Assembly (NCBI GenBank): GCA_946965045.2
Contig: OX337229.1
Location: 4,278,001-4,342,000 of the forward strand
Reading direction: 5' to 3'
DNA: 64,000 bases
DNA from: Epithemia pelagica
Lineage: Eukaryota > Protista > Bacillariophyta
Shown here: positions 22,537-31,799 of the stretch, piece after piece
How positions within the stretch are numbered: the stretch's first letter is position 1
How the letters are laid out: each line of letters begins with the position of its first letter
Notes under the pieces: model-generated
What the model was told of the DNA's origin: nothing
The model's input: the letters and a program-made list of their open reading frames with translations, nothing else
The model's database searches: none
Program-made: the position numbers and the translations under genes

Positions 22537-25410
22537 ATGACTTTCTCTGGTTCTAATCCGTTCCTCGAAGATCTCCTTCCGAAAAAATCGTCGTCGGCGA
22601 AAGGATCCGATCCCCCTGCTCCTTTTTCGTCTGCTCCCGTGGCAGCCATCGTCTCCCAACCTGACGATTCGAAGGACGATGAGAAACCTCCCGCCTCCAG
22701 CAGCAAGTCCTCCCTCAAGGCTCATGCTCCTAAGGAAGATGATGATGCTTACTCGGTCGAGTCTGATTCCGAAGCCCAAGAGAAACTCTTTGCTGAAGCC
22801 AAGACCATCTCTGTCCTCAACGACAAGATCAAGAAACTCCAGGCCCCGCCTCCCTCTGCTCCCAAACGCTCCGACTCTCTCCTTGAAGACTCCGACGCAG
22901 CTGATGGTGACGATGAGTTTATCCTCGCCGACGGAACGATCGGTACTGATCCTGCCAAAGGGAATTCCCCCTCTCCTTTTCGTGCAGGCGCCTGCCGCCA
23001 CGAGTTTTACTTTACCCAGAACTTCCACACCCTTGAAGACAAGTCCCTTGACTTTATCTTCTCCGAACTCGCAAAGACCGAACCGATCGACTGGTGCGAC
23101 TCTTTCTTCCAACCTTTTCACGTTACACTGACTCGTGATCCATCCCTTTGGTCGGAAGTTTGCTCCAGCTTCAATCGTCTCACCTCCGCTGACGATCTTC
23201 ATGTTTGGCTGACCTCCAAGACGAAGAATCATCCATTTGCATTGTTGGGTTTGTCTCGCAACGGAAATCCCCTTCTCTTCCACAACCTTTGTTGCCCGGC
23301 GGATTGTGGTTCGTTCTTCGACCCCCAGATTCCATTTTATGGCCTCAATCGCATTTCTTTTGAGTCCATCCCGTTCCAACTTGACACTGATGACATCCCC
23401 CTACTTTTGAGCGACCATGTTTTCTCCCAAGTCCCCACTTTTGCGGAGATCCTCGAGCATTGTGTTGTGGAGGTTGACGACTTCTCCCCGTCGTCTTCTG
23501 TCCCTCACCTGACCTTCGACTCATCCAAGTTCAAGAATCTTTCAGTGGCTTCCGCCTCCTCCTCTTCATTGAAGAAAGATCGCGAATTTGTTTGCTCAAG
23601 CCTATGTCTCGTGCCGCCTTGCCTCTCAGGACTCATGCTCCATAACACCGACGCATCGAATCATAACGTCAATATTCCGTTTGAAGACTTGGCCAGTGGA
23701 CTTTATAAGGTTGCCCTCCACCATTGGTGGACAGCCTCTTTGGATAGCTCTATGGAAACCAAGAAAAAGGGAATGCCGACGGATTACCCCCTCCTCATGA
23801 TTCAGGAACCCATTATCCGTTTTCTCTGGGTCGTCCTCCATCGTCGCGATAACCCCAAGTTGCAGATTGTCTTTCCATCGATCCCCAAGGATCCCTTGAA
23901 AGCGAAATCCACATTGTTGAGTCATCGCTCTCGCCTTTTTCCCAATCCTCCCCCCCAGACCCACACGACTCCACCATCATCTCGACGCCCTTCCTTGCGT
24001 CGTTCCTCGTCCAACAGCGTTCGTTTCCAGTCACAACCGCCGGTTGATTGTTCGATTCCCCAAGATGGATCTCCCCCGACCAATCCTCATAGCTCGAATA
24101 GTGGTGGTGTGCAAATGCTCGATGACGAAGGCAACGTTCATTTCGTCTCACCAGAAATGTTCCTGCTTTCGAAGTGCATCAAAGAGATGTCCTCGAAGAA
24201 AAATGGCAACGAAGATGACATCACTGCCCCAGAGTCAAAGAGCATGTTTCGAGACATGCCTTTGAATGCTCAAAAACAACTCCGTCTCGGTTCGATCTCC
24301 TCCTCAGCCCTTTCACTCCCAGAAGACCTTTTACCAGCCATCAAGATCGTGTGGAAATCGAAGAACTCCGCCACATTTTTCGAGTCCTTCCTAGCCGAAG
24401 TCTTTGACCCAGCCGACAATGCCTGTACCATCCATTTCGGACAATGTACAGTGATCCAACGTCTTGGGTTACGTTGGAAATCAGAAGCGTGCCCTGGAGG
24501 CTTTAGCCCCTTTTCTTTCGATCCGTATGCCATTCCAGGCTTGGATTCCAACCAAACACTTGACAAAAACATTCGGCAGCAAATCCACGATGCTTCACTA
24601 TGTCATCTTAATGACATGAAGCAATCGAAGGAAATGCAACAACTTCACTCGGATCACAATCTCTTCTTTCCGAGGACGGCAGACGAGTTTGAAACCCAAC
24701 TTCGATCCTTTTGGGCCTGTGCCAAAGGCCTTTGTGGCGCATCATCCATGATTGCCAACCAAATTCTGAAAGTCTTGAATTTCTACCACCAATTCAGGAC
24801 CAAAATCATGGCAAAACAGTTGAGTTCGGGCAACGATTTTTATTTCGGCCAATTCTTATTCGCCATCGACGAGGCTGTCCAAGAGTTCGTTTCCACCCTT
24901 TCCAGTGCTTCATCGCTTGCTGACGTGGGTTTCAAGGACTTTGAAGAGCGTGTAAATTGGATCTTGTTCACAGTCAAGACCGGTTCGACTTTAGTCTCCC
25001 TCCCACCGGCACTCCAAGCTAAGTTTCAAGCGAATCAATTGAAGAACTCCCAGAGGAAACGTTCTGGAGGCTCTGACGACGGTTCCCCAAGCTCCAAACG
25101 TCAACAAAGCTCCTCCTCCTCTAATTCCGATCCACAGAAGACCGCAGCGACTTTCGACTCTCCATCAAACTGGCGTCTCCCGGCTGATTCGAACTATATG
25201 CAGGTCTTCCCCCCCACGGTCCTCACCAACATTCCCTTCATCGAGAAAAATGGTAAAAAGAAACACTTCTGCAACGTTCTTTTCTCCAAAGGAATCTGCA
25301 AGAAAGGCAAGAAATGCAAGTTTCTTCACGACGACCCAAGCAAACACAACAAGAAGGATGCCATGGATGAATTTTATCGGTCGGCATACGCCAACGTCAA
25401 TCGCAATTGA
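22537..25410 (+). CDS. YR-retrotransposon ORF1 (gag-like) with C-terminal CCCH zinc finger
   Basis: Starts just after A1. C-terminal CNVLFSKGICKKGKKCKFLH motif. Confidence 0.75.
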   Translation: MTFSGSNPFLEDLLPKKSSSAKGSDPPAPFSSAPVAAIVSQPDDSKDDEKPPASSSKSSLKAHAPKEDDDAYSVESDSEAQEKLFAEAKTISVLNDKIKKLQAPPPSAPKRSDSLLEDSDAADGDDEFILADGTIGTDPAKGNSPSPFRAGACRHEFYFTQNFHTLEDKSLDFIFSELAKTEPIDWCDSFFQPFHVTLTRDPSLWSEVCSSFNRLTSADDLHVWLTSKTKNHPFALLGLSRNGNPLLFHNLCCPADCGSFFDPQIPFYGLNRISFESIPFQLDTDDIPLLLSDHVFSQVPTFAEILEHCVVEVDDFSPSSSVPHLTFDSSKFKNLSVASASSSSLKKDREFVCSSLCLVPPCLSGLMLHNTDASNHNVNIPFEDLASGLYKVALHHWWTASLDSSMETKKKGMPTDYPLLMIQEPIIRFLWVVLHRRDNPKLQIVFPSIPKDPLKAKSTLLSHRSRLFPNPPPQTHTTPPSSRRPSLRRSSSNSVRFQSQPPVDCSIPQDGSPPTNPHSSNSGGVQMLDDEGNVHFVSPEMFLLSKCIKEMSSKKNGNEDDITAPESKSMFRDMPLNAQKQLRLGSISSSALSLPEDLLPAIKIVWKSKNSATFFESFLAEVFDPADNACTIHFGQCTVIQRLGLRWKSEACPGGFSPFSFDPYAIPGLDSNQTLDKNIRQQIHDASLCHLNDMKQSKEMQQLHSDHNLFFPRTADEFETQLRSFWACAKGLCGASSMIANQILKVLNFYHQFRTKIMAKQLSSGNDFYFGQFLFAIDEAVQEFVSTLSSASSLADVGFKDFEERVNWILFTVKTGSTLVSLPPALQAKFQANQLKNSQRKRSGGSDDGSPSSKRQQSSSSSNSDPQKTAATFDSPSNWRLPADSNYMQVFPPTVLTNIPFIEKNGKKKHFCNVLFSKGICKKGKKCKFLHDDPSKHNKKDAMDEFYRSAYANVNRN

Positions 25411-25422
25411 CGCCAGGACGGG

Positions 25423-27684
25423 TTGATTGCTGCCTCATCCTCAATTCCTTCTCCTTTGTTGCGAGACGACTCTCAACCCACCCTTAATAATAATACTTTA
25501 GTTGCGGAGTCTTCTTTTCCTTCGAAGCCTCTTGCTCCATCCTCACCACCCTCACCCAACATCATCCCATCCTTTCTCCCACCTTTGGCAATACCATCAT
25601 CTGACCACAAACCTAAGATCCCAAGCACTGCGAACCCTTTTCTGGTGCATCATATCACTCAAGATTATTCACGACACCCCGAGACCCGTCAACGAGAACT
25701 CTCCGACTTGATCTCATCCGTTCAGAATCAATGTGTCATCACGTCTGATTCCATTCCCAAGATCTCGTCGTCCGTTGATACACCGTCCTCTACTCCCACG
25801 ACTGCCACCAGTCACCCCCGACCAACTTCTAAGGATCTCCCAAGAGAATCTCTTACCGTTGGCAACTCTACAAGACCCCCAAGTCCCCCAAGTTCTCATT
25901 CCGAAAATCTATCCTCACAAATCGAGAAGACTCTCCCAGGAAGCTCTTCAGCGATAATTGGATCCGATTTCTCGGGTAAGCCCCTAGCGCGGAACGTCAA
26001 AAGATTGGAACAAGCACGACAAGCGGATTTAAAATTACTAGGTGAGTCTATATATGATGTCGACACGGAATCCGTTCCCCCAAGTTCCCAGCACTGCTAT
26101 CTCCCCAACAAGATCTCCATGATTTTCCCATCAAGACTCGCTCCTCCCCCACTCCAAGATGTGTGCCACCCTTTGGACCTTTCCACCATCCTCAAGATTG
26201 CCAATCACAAACCGCCAACACCCAAGCCCTCCCCCTTTCGTCACTCCATTGACGATGACGTTGTCCTATCAAATGCGACTTTCAACTCACAGCTGATTGA
26301 AAGATTCGACTTTGATCTGCAACGACTGATTGTCAGCCACCCCGGTTCCGTCATCACCCCAGGATCCGAATTCCGCACAGCGGAAATCTTGGAACCGCTC
26401 CTAGCCGTCCACCCATACTGGTCACGGTTCCACCACAACATCACGCAAGGTGTCTCATACCCTCTCACAGCTGAGGAAGAAGAGCCAGCCCGACGCGCTG
26501 AGAACGAGGCAATCCTCGAATACGGCAACCATGCCTCTGGTAAGAAAAACCCTGACGCTCTTTCCAAAGTCCTTCGAAAAGACGCGTCCAAGGGTTTTTC
26601 CCTCCCCATCACGTTTCTCTGCGCAACCGAGATCAAACATAGCCGGATCAGTCCAATGGGAGTAGCCCACCAAATGGGCATCGATGCCAATGGCGATCTT
26701 GTTCCCAAAGACAGTCTGACCCACGATCAATCATTTTCCCTTGGATTCTGCCCCTCGACAAACGACTTGATCGATCAAAACAAATTGATTGACCTGGTGA
26801 TGGGCCACTGTTTAGATCGAGTCATCCATCAAATTGTCGCATTGCGCTGGCACTTCCCAAATGATCGTATCGTCATCAGCAAATTCGATTGGTCCTCTGC
26901 TTATCGTCGCGTTCACGGAGACGGCGACGTTGCAGCAAGGAACATAACCATTGATCCCTCCAATTCCTTTGCCCACCTTAACCTTCGCCTGACTTTCGGA
27001 GCTTCAGCCAATCCAGCTGAATTTTCCATCGTCTCCGAAATTGGAACCGACCTCTGCAACGATCTCGCCGACTTCGACGATTGGCAACCAACCGATTGCC
27101 AATCACCACTCCAAGAAGGCATTGGAGGACCCAAGTACCTACCAGAAGAAATCCCCGTAGCTCCAGCATGCGAATTGGCTGTTTCTGTCCCGACTCGTCC
27201 TCATGGATTTCATGATTCATACCTGGATGACATGATTCAAGTCTTCCTCGCCACCAACCCACATCTCGCCCGATGTCCCAGTATTGTTCCACTCGTTGTT
27301 CATCTCATGACAAGACCCGTAGCCGACAACGAACCGATCCCCAGAAAAGACATGTTAGAAGCGGACAAACTCGCAGCCGAAGGCGCTCCTGCCGAAGAGC
27401 AACGAGTTCTCGGGTGGATTGTTGACACAAGGCGACTTCTCCTTCGCCTTCCAAAAGACAAGTTGATTGGTTGGACACACGAAGTGAATCAAATGTTATC
27501 CAGTCGACGGACAACCTTCCACAACCTTCGCAGTCTCATCGGAAAATTGCTCCATGCCACCAAAGGCATTCCACACGCGTCCTTCTGGTTGTCACGTCTA
27601 CGCGAATACCAAACATTCATCGAACGAGCGTTTCGGCAAAAACAGCAATCGAAACCACCCGACACCAACAAGGATCCAAAATGA
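25423..27684 (+). CDS. YR-retrotransposon reverse transcriptase
   Basis: DWSSAYRR, LTFGASANPAEF, YLDDM and QRVLGWIVDT motifs. Same frame as ORF1. Confidence 0.9.
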   Translation: MIAASSSIPSPLLRDDSQPTLNNNTLVAESSFPSKPLAPSSPPSPNIIPSFLPPLAIPSSDHKPKIPSTANPFLVHHITQDYSRHPETRQRELSDLISSVQNQCVITSDSIPKISSSVDTPSSTPTTATSHPRPTSKDLPRESLTVGNSTRPPSPPSSHSENLSSQIEKTLPGSSSAIIGSDFSGKPLARNVKRLEQARQADLKLLGESIYDVDTESVPPSSQHCYLPNKISMIFPSRLAPPPLQDVCHPLDLSTILKIANHKPPTPKPSPFRHSIDDDVVLSNATFNSQLIERFDFDLQRLIVSHPGSVITPGSEFRTAEILEPLLAVHPYWSRFHHNITQGVSYPLTAEEEEPARRAENEAILEYGNHASGKKNPDALSKVLRKDASKGFSLPITFLCATEIKHSRISPMGVAHQMGIDANGDLVPKDSLTHDQSFSLGFCPSTNDLIDQNKLIDLVMGHCLDRVIHQIVALRWHFPNDRIVISKFDWSSAYRRVHGDGDVAARNITIDPSNSFAHLNLRLTFGASANPAEFSIVSEIGTDLCNDLADFDDWQPTDCQSPLQEGIGGPKYLPEEIPVAPACELAVSVPTRPHGFHDSYLDDMIQVFLATNPHLARCPSIVPLVVHLMTRPVADNEPIPRKDMLEADKLAAEGAPAEEQRVLGWIVDTRRLLLRLPKDKLIGWTHEVNQMLSSRRTTFHNLRSLIGKLLHATKGIPHASFWLSRLREYQTFIERAFRQKQQSKPPDTNKDPK

Positions 27685-28965
27685 CCAAAACAGAACAGAG
27701 ATGTACCACCTTCATTCTATCGGTACTCCATCCCTGAGTCCATCGCCAACGACCTCCAAGTGTGGCCATCCCTCCTTCAACACTCCCACGACGGCATCTC
27801 ACTTAACCGACTAATTTGTCGCGTACCCACGCATCTCTTCCATGCAGACTCATGCCCTGAAGGAATGGGTGGTTACTCTGTTCGATCCGGCAGAGCATGG
27901 CGATTCCAAATCGACCAATCAAGACTCGAAGCTCTTGCCCAACTCGACCCATCATCCACCAACACACGCACCAATAACCTTTTTGAGTACATCGCAATTG
28001 TTGTGTCGATGTGGGTTGATTGTTGGTACGATGACATCGATGAAAACTCGGCCGTACTGAGTCTCTCCGACAACTCATCCGCCGTCGGCTGGATGTACAA
28101 ATCGTCCTTCGGCTCCGATAAGCCACTACACGTCCAAGTCTCGAAGAAACTGACCGACTTGATTCTCCACCACAAGTTTGCCCTTCAAGCGGAACACATC
28201 CCTGGGAGCAAGAACGACGTGTCAGACATCCTGTCAAGATACTGGTCTCTTAACGATAATGATCTTACCCTTTTTCTTCATGGAAATTTTATGTCGCAGA
28301 TTCCAGAGAATTTTCACATCAGTCCCTTGCCCAACGAAATACTATGTTGGATCTCCTCGATCGTGCCAGCGTGTCCCGAATCTTCTTCGGCAAAACCGAA
28401 GGGTCGCACCAAAAGCGCGACAAATGCTGGGAACGATGGACAGAACATCTTGACAAGATCGGATTCGGTCACGACCCGCTCCTTGAATCCATCCGAGCAA
28501 CCAACCACAGAGCCAGCATTGCATGCTCCTTCTTGCAATCCCTCCGCGATGCCGAATTCACCCCCAATCGCGACCGCTCGAACCCTCTTCGAGCAAGCAC
28601 TCTTGGCCAAGCCATTGGAGACTTGGCATCGTGCTTCCGGCATCACGACCGGCCGAGCCCCTGCCACAGTCAAAGACAGCCATCACCTCCACCCCCTCGT
28701 CACTTCCCTCAAACGCGCGTGGTCAAATCTGGATCCCCCGAAAAACGAGAAAAAGCAGTCACCGCAAAGCACCTCCGCTTTCTCTGGTTCCATTGCTGTC
28801 GAACAAACAAACTCACCAACCCACCAAGAGTCTACGACTTCTCCACATTCAAGGCCGTCGTCGCCGACCTTGCCGGCTGTGGGTTCTTCTTCGGCTGTCG
28901 CAGTTGTGAACTCACAACCGTACCCCACCGAGGAAAAACAAAGCTCCTTACAATCGGAGATGTAG
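27685..28965 (+). CDS. YR-retrotransposon RNase H (in frame with RT after a single TGA)
   Basis: ADSCPEGMGG, NLFEYIAI, SLSDNSSAV and HIPGSKNDVSDILSR are DIRS-type RNase H motifs. The tail overlaps the YR ORF. Confidence 0.85.
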   Translation, partial: PKQNRDVPPSFYRYSIPESIANDLQVWPSLLQHSHDGISLNRLICRVPTHLFHADSCPEGMGGYSVRSGRAWRFQIDQSRLEALAQLDPSSTNTRTNNLFEYIAIVVSMWVDCWYDDIDENSAVLSLSDNSSAVGWMYKSSFGSDKPLHVQVSKKLTDLILHHKFALQAEHIPGSKNDVSDILSRYWSLNDNDLTLFLHGNFMSQIPENFHISPLPNEILCWISSIVPACPESSSAKPKGRTKSATNAGNDGQNILTRSDSVTTRSLNPSEQPTTEPALHAPSCNPSAMPNSPPIATARTLFEQALLAKPLETWHRASGITTGRAPATVKDSHHLHPLVTSLKRAWSNLDPPKNEKKQSPQSTSAFSGSIAVEQTNSPTHQESTTSPHSRPSSPTLPAVGSSSAVAVVNSQPYPTEEKQSSLQSEM

Positions 28966-29708
28966 TCTTCTACACGGCAAAGAAACACGAAACAATCGCC
29001 GCAAATCACCCCAACTTTCACCATCTCGCGAAGTATGTATCCATTACCTTTCGCGACCAAAAGAACAACCACAAAGCAGAAACACGGACTCAAAGCCGGA
29101 CCAGCGATCCTGTACTCGACCCTGTCCTCCTCTGGGGCCGAGTCATTCGCAGAATCCTGCACTACCGTCCAAAAGCCCCTCCAACCACCACTGTAAATTG
29201 CTGGTATGACCCAACCAACCCATCTCTTCCTCCCCGTTTCGTCCGACAGGAAGACACTCGCAACCTGTTACGAGAAAGCTGTGTATTGGGCGGCGGATTC
29301 AACGCCTTCGGCTACCACCCAATGGACATTGGGACGCATTCCCTTCGATCAGGAGCAGCCATGGCTCTCTTCCTGGCTGATTGTTCTGTCACCAAGATTA
29401 TGATCTTGGGGCGATGGAGTTCGACAGCATTTATGAGATACATTCGACCCCAAGTACTCGAATGGACAACCGGCATGGCTCAACTCATGCTTACAACAAC
29501 GGACTTTCGCCATGTCGATAACTCCACAGCAGCTTCCCGCGTCGCCTCCTTGGAAAACCTGCGGAATCGACTCGACAACCTTCTTGATCCAGCGCTTCAA
29601 ACCAACAGCGAAACTGGTCTCGAATCACCGGATGAAAACCTCTTTAACACCTTCAATGGCCAAGATCCCCAACATCACTTCCCCAACACTCTCCATCTCG
29701 ACTTCTAG
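28344..29708 (+). CDS. Tyrosine recombinase
   Basis: Catalytic R-K-H-R-W-Y set: CRSCELT, TFRDQKN, THSLRSGA, GRWSS, FMRYIR. Confidence 0.93.
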   Translation: MLDLLDRASVSRIFFGKTEGSHQKRDKCWERWTEHLDKIGFGHDPLLESIRATNHRASIACSFLQSLRDAEFTPNRDRSNPLRASTLGQAIGDLASCFRHHDRPSPCHSQRQPSPPPPRHFPQTRVVKSGSPEKREKAVTAKHLRFLWFHCCRTNKLTNPPRVYDFSTFKAVVADLAGCGFFFGCRSCELTTVPHRGKTKLLTIGDVVFYTAKKHETIAANHPNFHHLAKYVSITFRDQKNNHKAETRTQSRTSDPVLDPVLLWGRVIRRILHYRPKAPPTTTVNCWYDPTNPSLPPRFVRQEDTRNLLRESCVLGGGFNAFGYHPMDIGTHSLRSGAAMALFLADCSVTKIMILGRWSSTAFMRYIRPQVLEWTTGMAQLMLTTTDFRHVDNSTAASRVASLENLRNRLDNLLDPALQTNSETGLESPDENLFNTFNGQDPQHHFPNTLHLDF

Positions 29709-29752
29709 CCCAGCTGGACATCGTTGGATTGTAATATCGGGTTTGATGGTAG

Positions 29753-29925
29753 TGGAGCCATTTTTGGTTTCAGAGGCCTTCGGCAAAACTATGTGTCTAT
29801 CGTTTAGATTTAGAATCTTGTTTACAAATCTCAACGGACCAAGTTTTCGGTGACAGAACCGACTGCGATCTCTCGGACAGACCGAAACGGCACGTGCCAA
29901 GGATGTTTGTCGTAGTGTCTCTTCG
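29753..29925 (+). repeat. Split direct repeat B1 (173 bp)
   Basis: Matches 30195-30367 with one substitution seen (cagaggcc vs cagacgcc). Confidence 0.95.
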
Positions 29926-30173
29926 TTGTCTGTACTGGGTGGAGTGACGTGGCCGATGCTGGCCAGACTCCGCGACCGACAACAGAGGTGCGACTGCTCC
30001 GCCTCCTCGACGCGAGGCGAGCATCCGATTTGATTCCCACAATCGGAAGTTTTAGGATGACCCTGATGCAGAGTCGTTGGAGCGTGAGAAGAGCTCACTC
30101 TTCTTGGGTTCAGCATCTTTGCAACGACTACGAGACGTGTTCGAGATCGCAACGATTCTAGTTAGCTAATCTT
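29924..30173 (+). repeat. Split direct repeat A2
   Basis: Copy of A1, overlapping B1 by the dinucleotide CG. Confidence 0.95.
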
Positions 30174-30194
30174 AAAATTTCCCCTTCCCCGCCC

Positions 30195-30367
30195 TGGAGC
30201 CATTTTTGGTTTCAGACGCCTTCGGCAAAACTATGTGTCTATCGTTTAGATTTAGAATCTTGTTTACAAATCTCAACGGACCAAGTTTTCGGTGACAGAA
30301 CCGACTGCGATCTCTCGGACAGACCGAAACGGCACGTGCCAAGGATGTTTGTCGTAGTGTCTCTTCG
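30195..30367 (+). repeat. Split direct repeat B2 (element 3' terminus)
   Basis: Copy of B1, separated from A2 by the 21-nt spacer aaaatttccccttccccgccc. Confidence 0.95.
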
Positions 30368-30866
30368 CATGTACAAAGGTACAAAAATACTTGTTGATTC
30401 ATATATCAGCAATGAATACTATTTCTCACGAGGTCGTTCGGCCGTGGCCTCGACGTTATGGGAACGCACTCTGCTATCGCTAGGCTTGCTATCTATCCAG
30501 CATTGGGCTTTGCATGGGTCTACGGTAGCTGTCATTGCCATGGGCATCATGAGCGTTCTGGATTCTGCATCACCAGTTTTTGCTATAATTCAATAGAATA
30601 TGACCGCCACTCGATCATATCTTTGGGATGTGGTTGGAGGATGTTGTGTGGGGCTAAAAGCGAGAGTCCCCACGAAACGATTCAAAACTATCTACTCCCC
30701 TTTCTCCTGACATTGAACTTTCTGGGATTCGTGGGCATTTTGGTCGCTGAAATGTCAGGCTTTTTCTGTCACATCGAGATCGGGAGCATCATCATCCAGC
30801 ATGGCGACAATCGCCGCTCGATGTTAGAGGAGAGTAAAAAAGATCCATATTGTTACTTTCAATCGA

Positions 30867-31799
30867 ATGGGAACCGATGAGCCTTGCCCTGGTGGCTCTA
30901 TGAAAACGGCGCTTGATGAATCTGATCCTCACTCGGTTGGTCCGTTGTTGGACGAATTGGTGCACCATTGTTTGGCCTACTGCGACGATGTTACTTTGTA
31001 TGCCGGTCGTTTGACAAATCGACGGTTCAAGAAAATGGCCGACCAAATCTTGCGTGATCGTACCCAAGAGGCGCTTCCCTTGGAATTTCCCTGGGGAGAA
31101 CAGCAGCCTCATCAGACACAACATGAGGATAGCCCCAAGATCCGAATCCAATTGGTCAACTGTCGGACAGATCAACGATCACTGGTGGACCATGCCATAC
31201 AACAATGGCAAGATTGTCATCATTCCTCATACGTCTCACAGGCCATTTCCAACAGCAAGAACCCGAACAACACTATCACCAATGAAACCACTCCCAATAT
31301 CGGTGAGGCGACGTGGACTCCTGAGGACATGCATGAGTTGCTTTGTTCGGACGGGTACTTTCAAACTCGTTTTCTGTTTCATGACCATAGCAATCCAAAT
31401 CCAGACATGGTCAATGCAGATACTATCGTCCTCCGTACAATTGTGGGTCTCAACATGGCATTGTTAGCACCCTCCAAGAGAGCAATTGAATGGATTCGCG
31501 CCAAGCTACTCGATACGGAACGTGAGAGGATGATAACTCGTGGTTTTTCGAAGGAGAACTTTTCTACAGTGCTACGGTTTCTGTTGCATTATTTCTTGTT
31601 TGTCGTGGATGATCCAAATGTTGAACGAGACCCAGATGAGGTACCAAGAGGGATGGCCTTGTGCCGGCACAGCATGCTTTGTCAGGATCTGTTGTCAGGG
31701 CATATGGTGGAATCTTGGATGGTTTTGGTACCATCCTCCACTTCACAGCCGTCGCAGTGGATGGAAGTGATTTGTACTCGAGGCTTTTCACATGTATAG
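30867..31799 (+). CDS. Uncharacterised protein
   Basis: 310-aa ORF with globular composition. No family recognised. Upstream exons are possible. Confidence 0.55.
   Translation: MGTDEPCPGGSMKTALDESDPHSVGPLLDELVHHCLAYCDDVTLYAGRLTNRRFKKMADQILRDRTQEALPLEFPWGEQQPHQTQHEDSPKIRIQLVNCRTDQRSLVDHAIQQWQDCHHSSYVSQAISNSKNPNNTITNETTPNIGEATWTPEDMHELLCSDGYFQTRFLFHDHSNPNPDMVNADTIVLRTIVGLNMALLAPSKRAIEWIRAKLLDTERERMITRGFSKENFSTVLRFLLHYFLFVVDDPNVERDPDEVPRGMALCRHSMLCQDLLSGHMVESWMVLVPSSTSQPSQWMEVICTRGFSHV

Larger units (their letters stand above)
22267..30367 (+). mobile_element. Full-length tyrosine-recombinase retrotransposon (Ngaro/PAT-like, split direct repeats)
   Basis: Order is A1 - gag-like ORF - RT - RNase H - YR - B1 - A2 - spacer - B2. 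No methyltransferase domain seen. No classical TSD; CG is shared at both ends. Confidence 0.92.

Noticed and set aside
22501-23379. 292-aa antisense ORF and other long antisense ORFs over TE and host genes
   Set aside because: Mirror frames of real coding regions with no independent motifs.
28400-28965. Long S/T/P-rich tail of the RNase H ORF as a separate domain
   Set aside because: It is the overlap with the tyrosine-recombinase frame, which is usual for DIRS-group elements.
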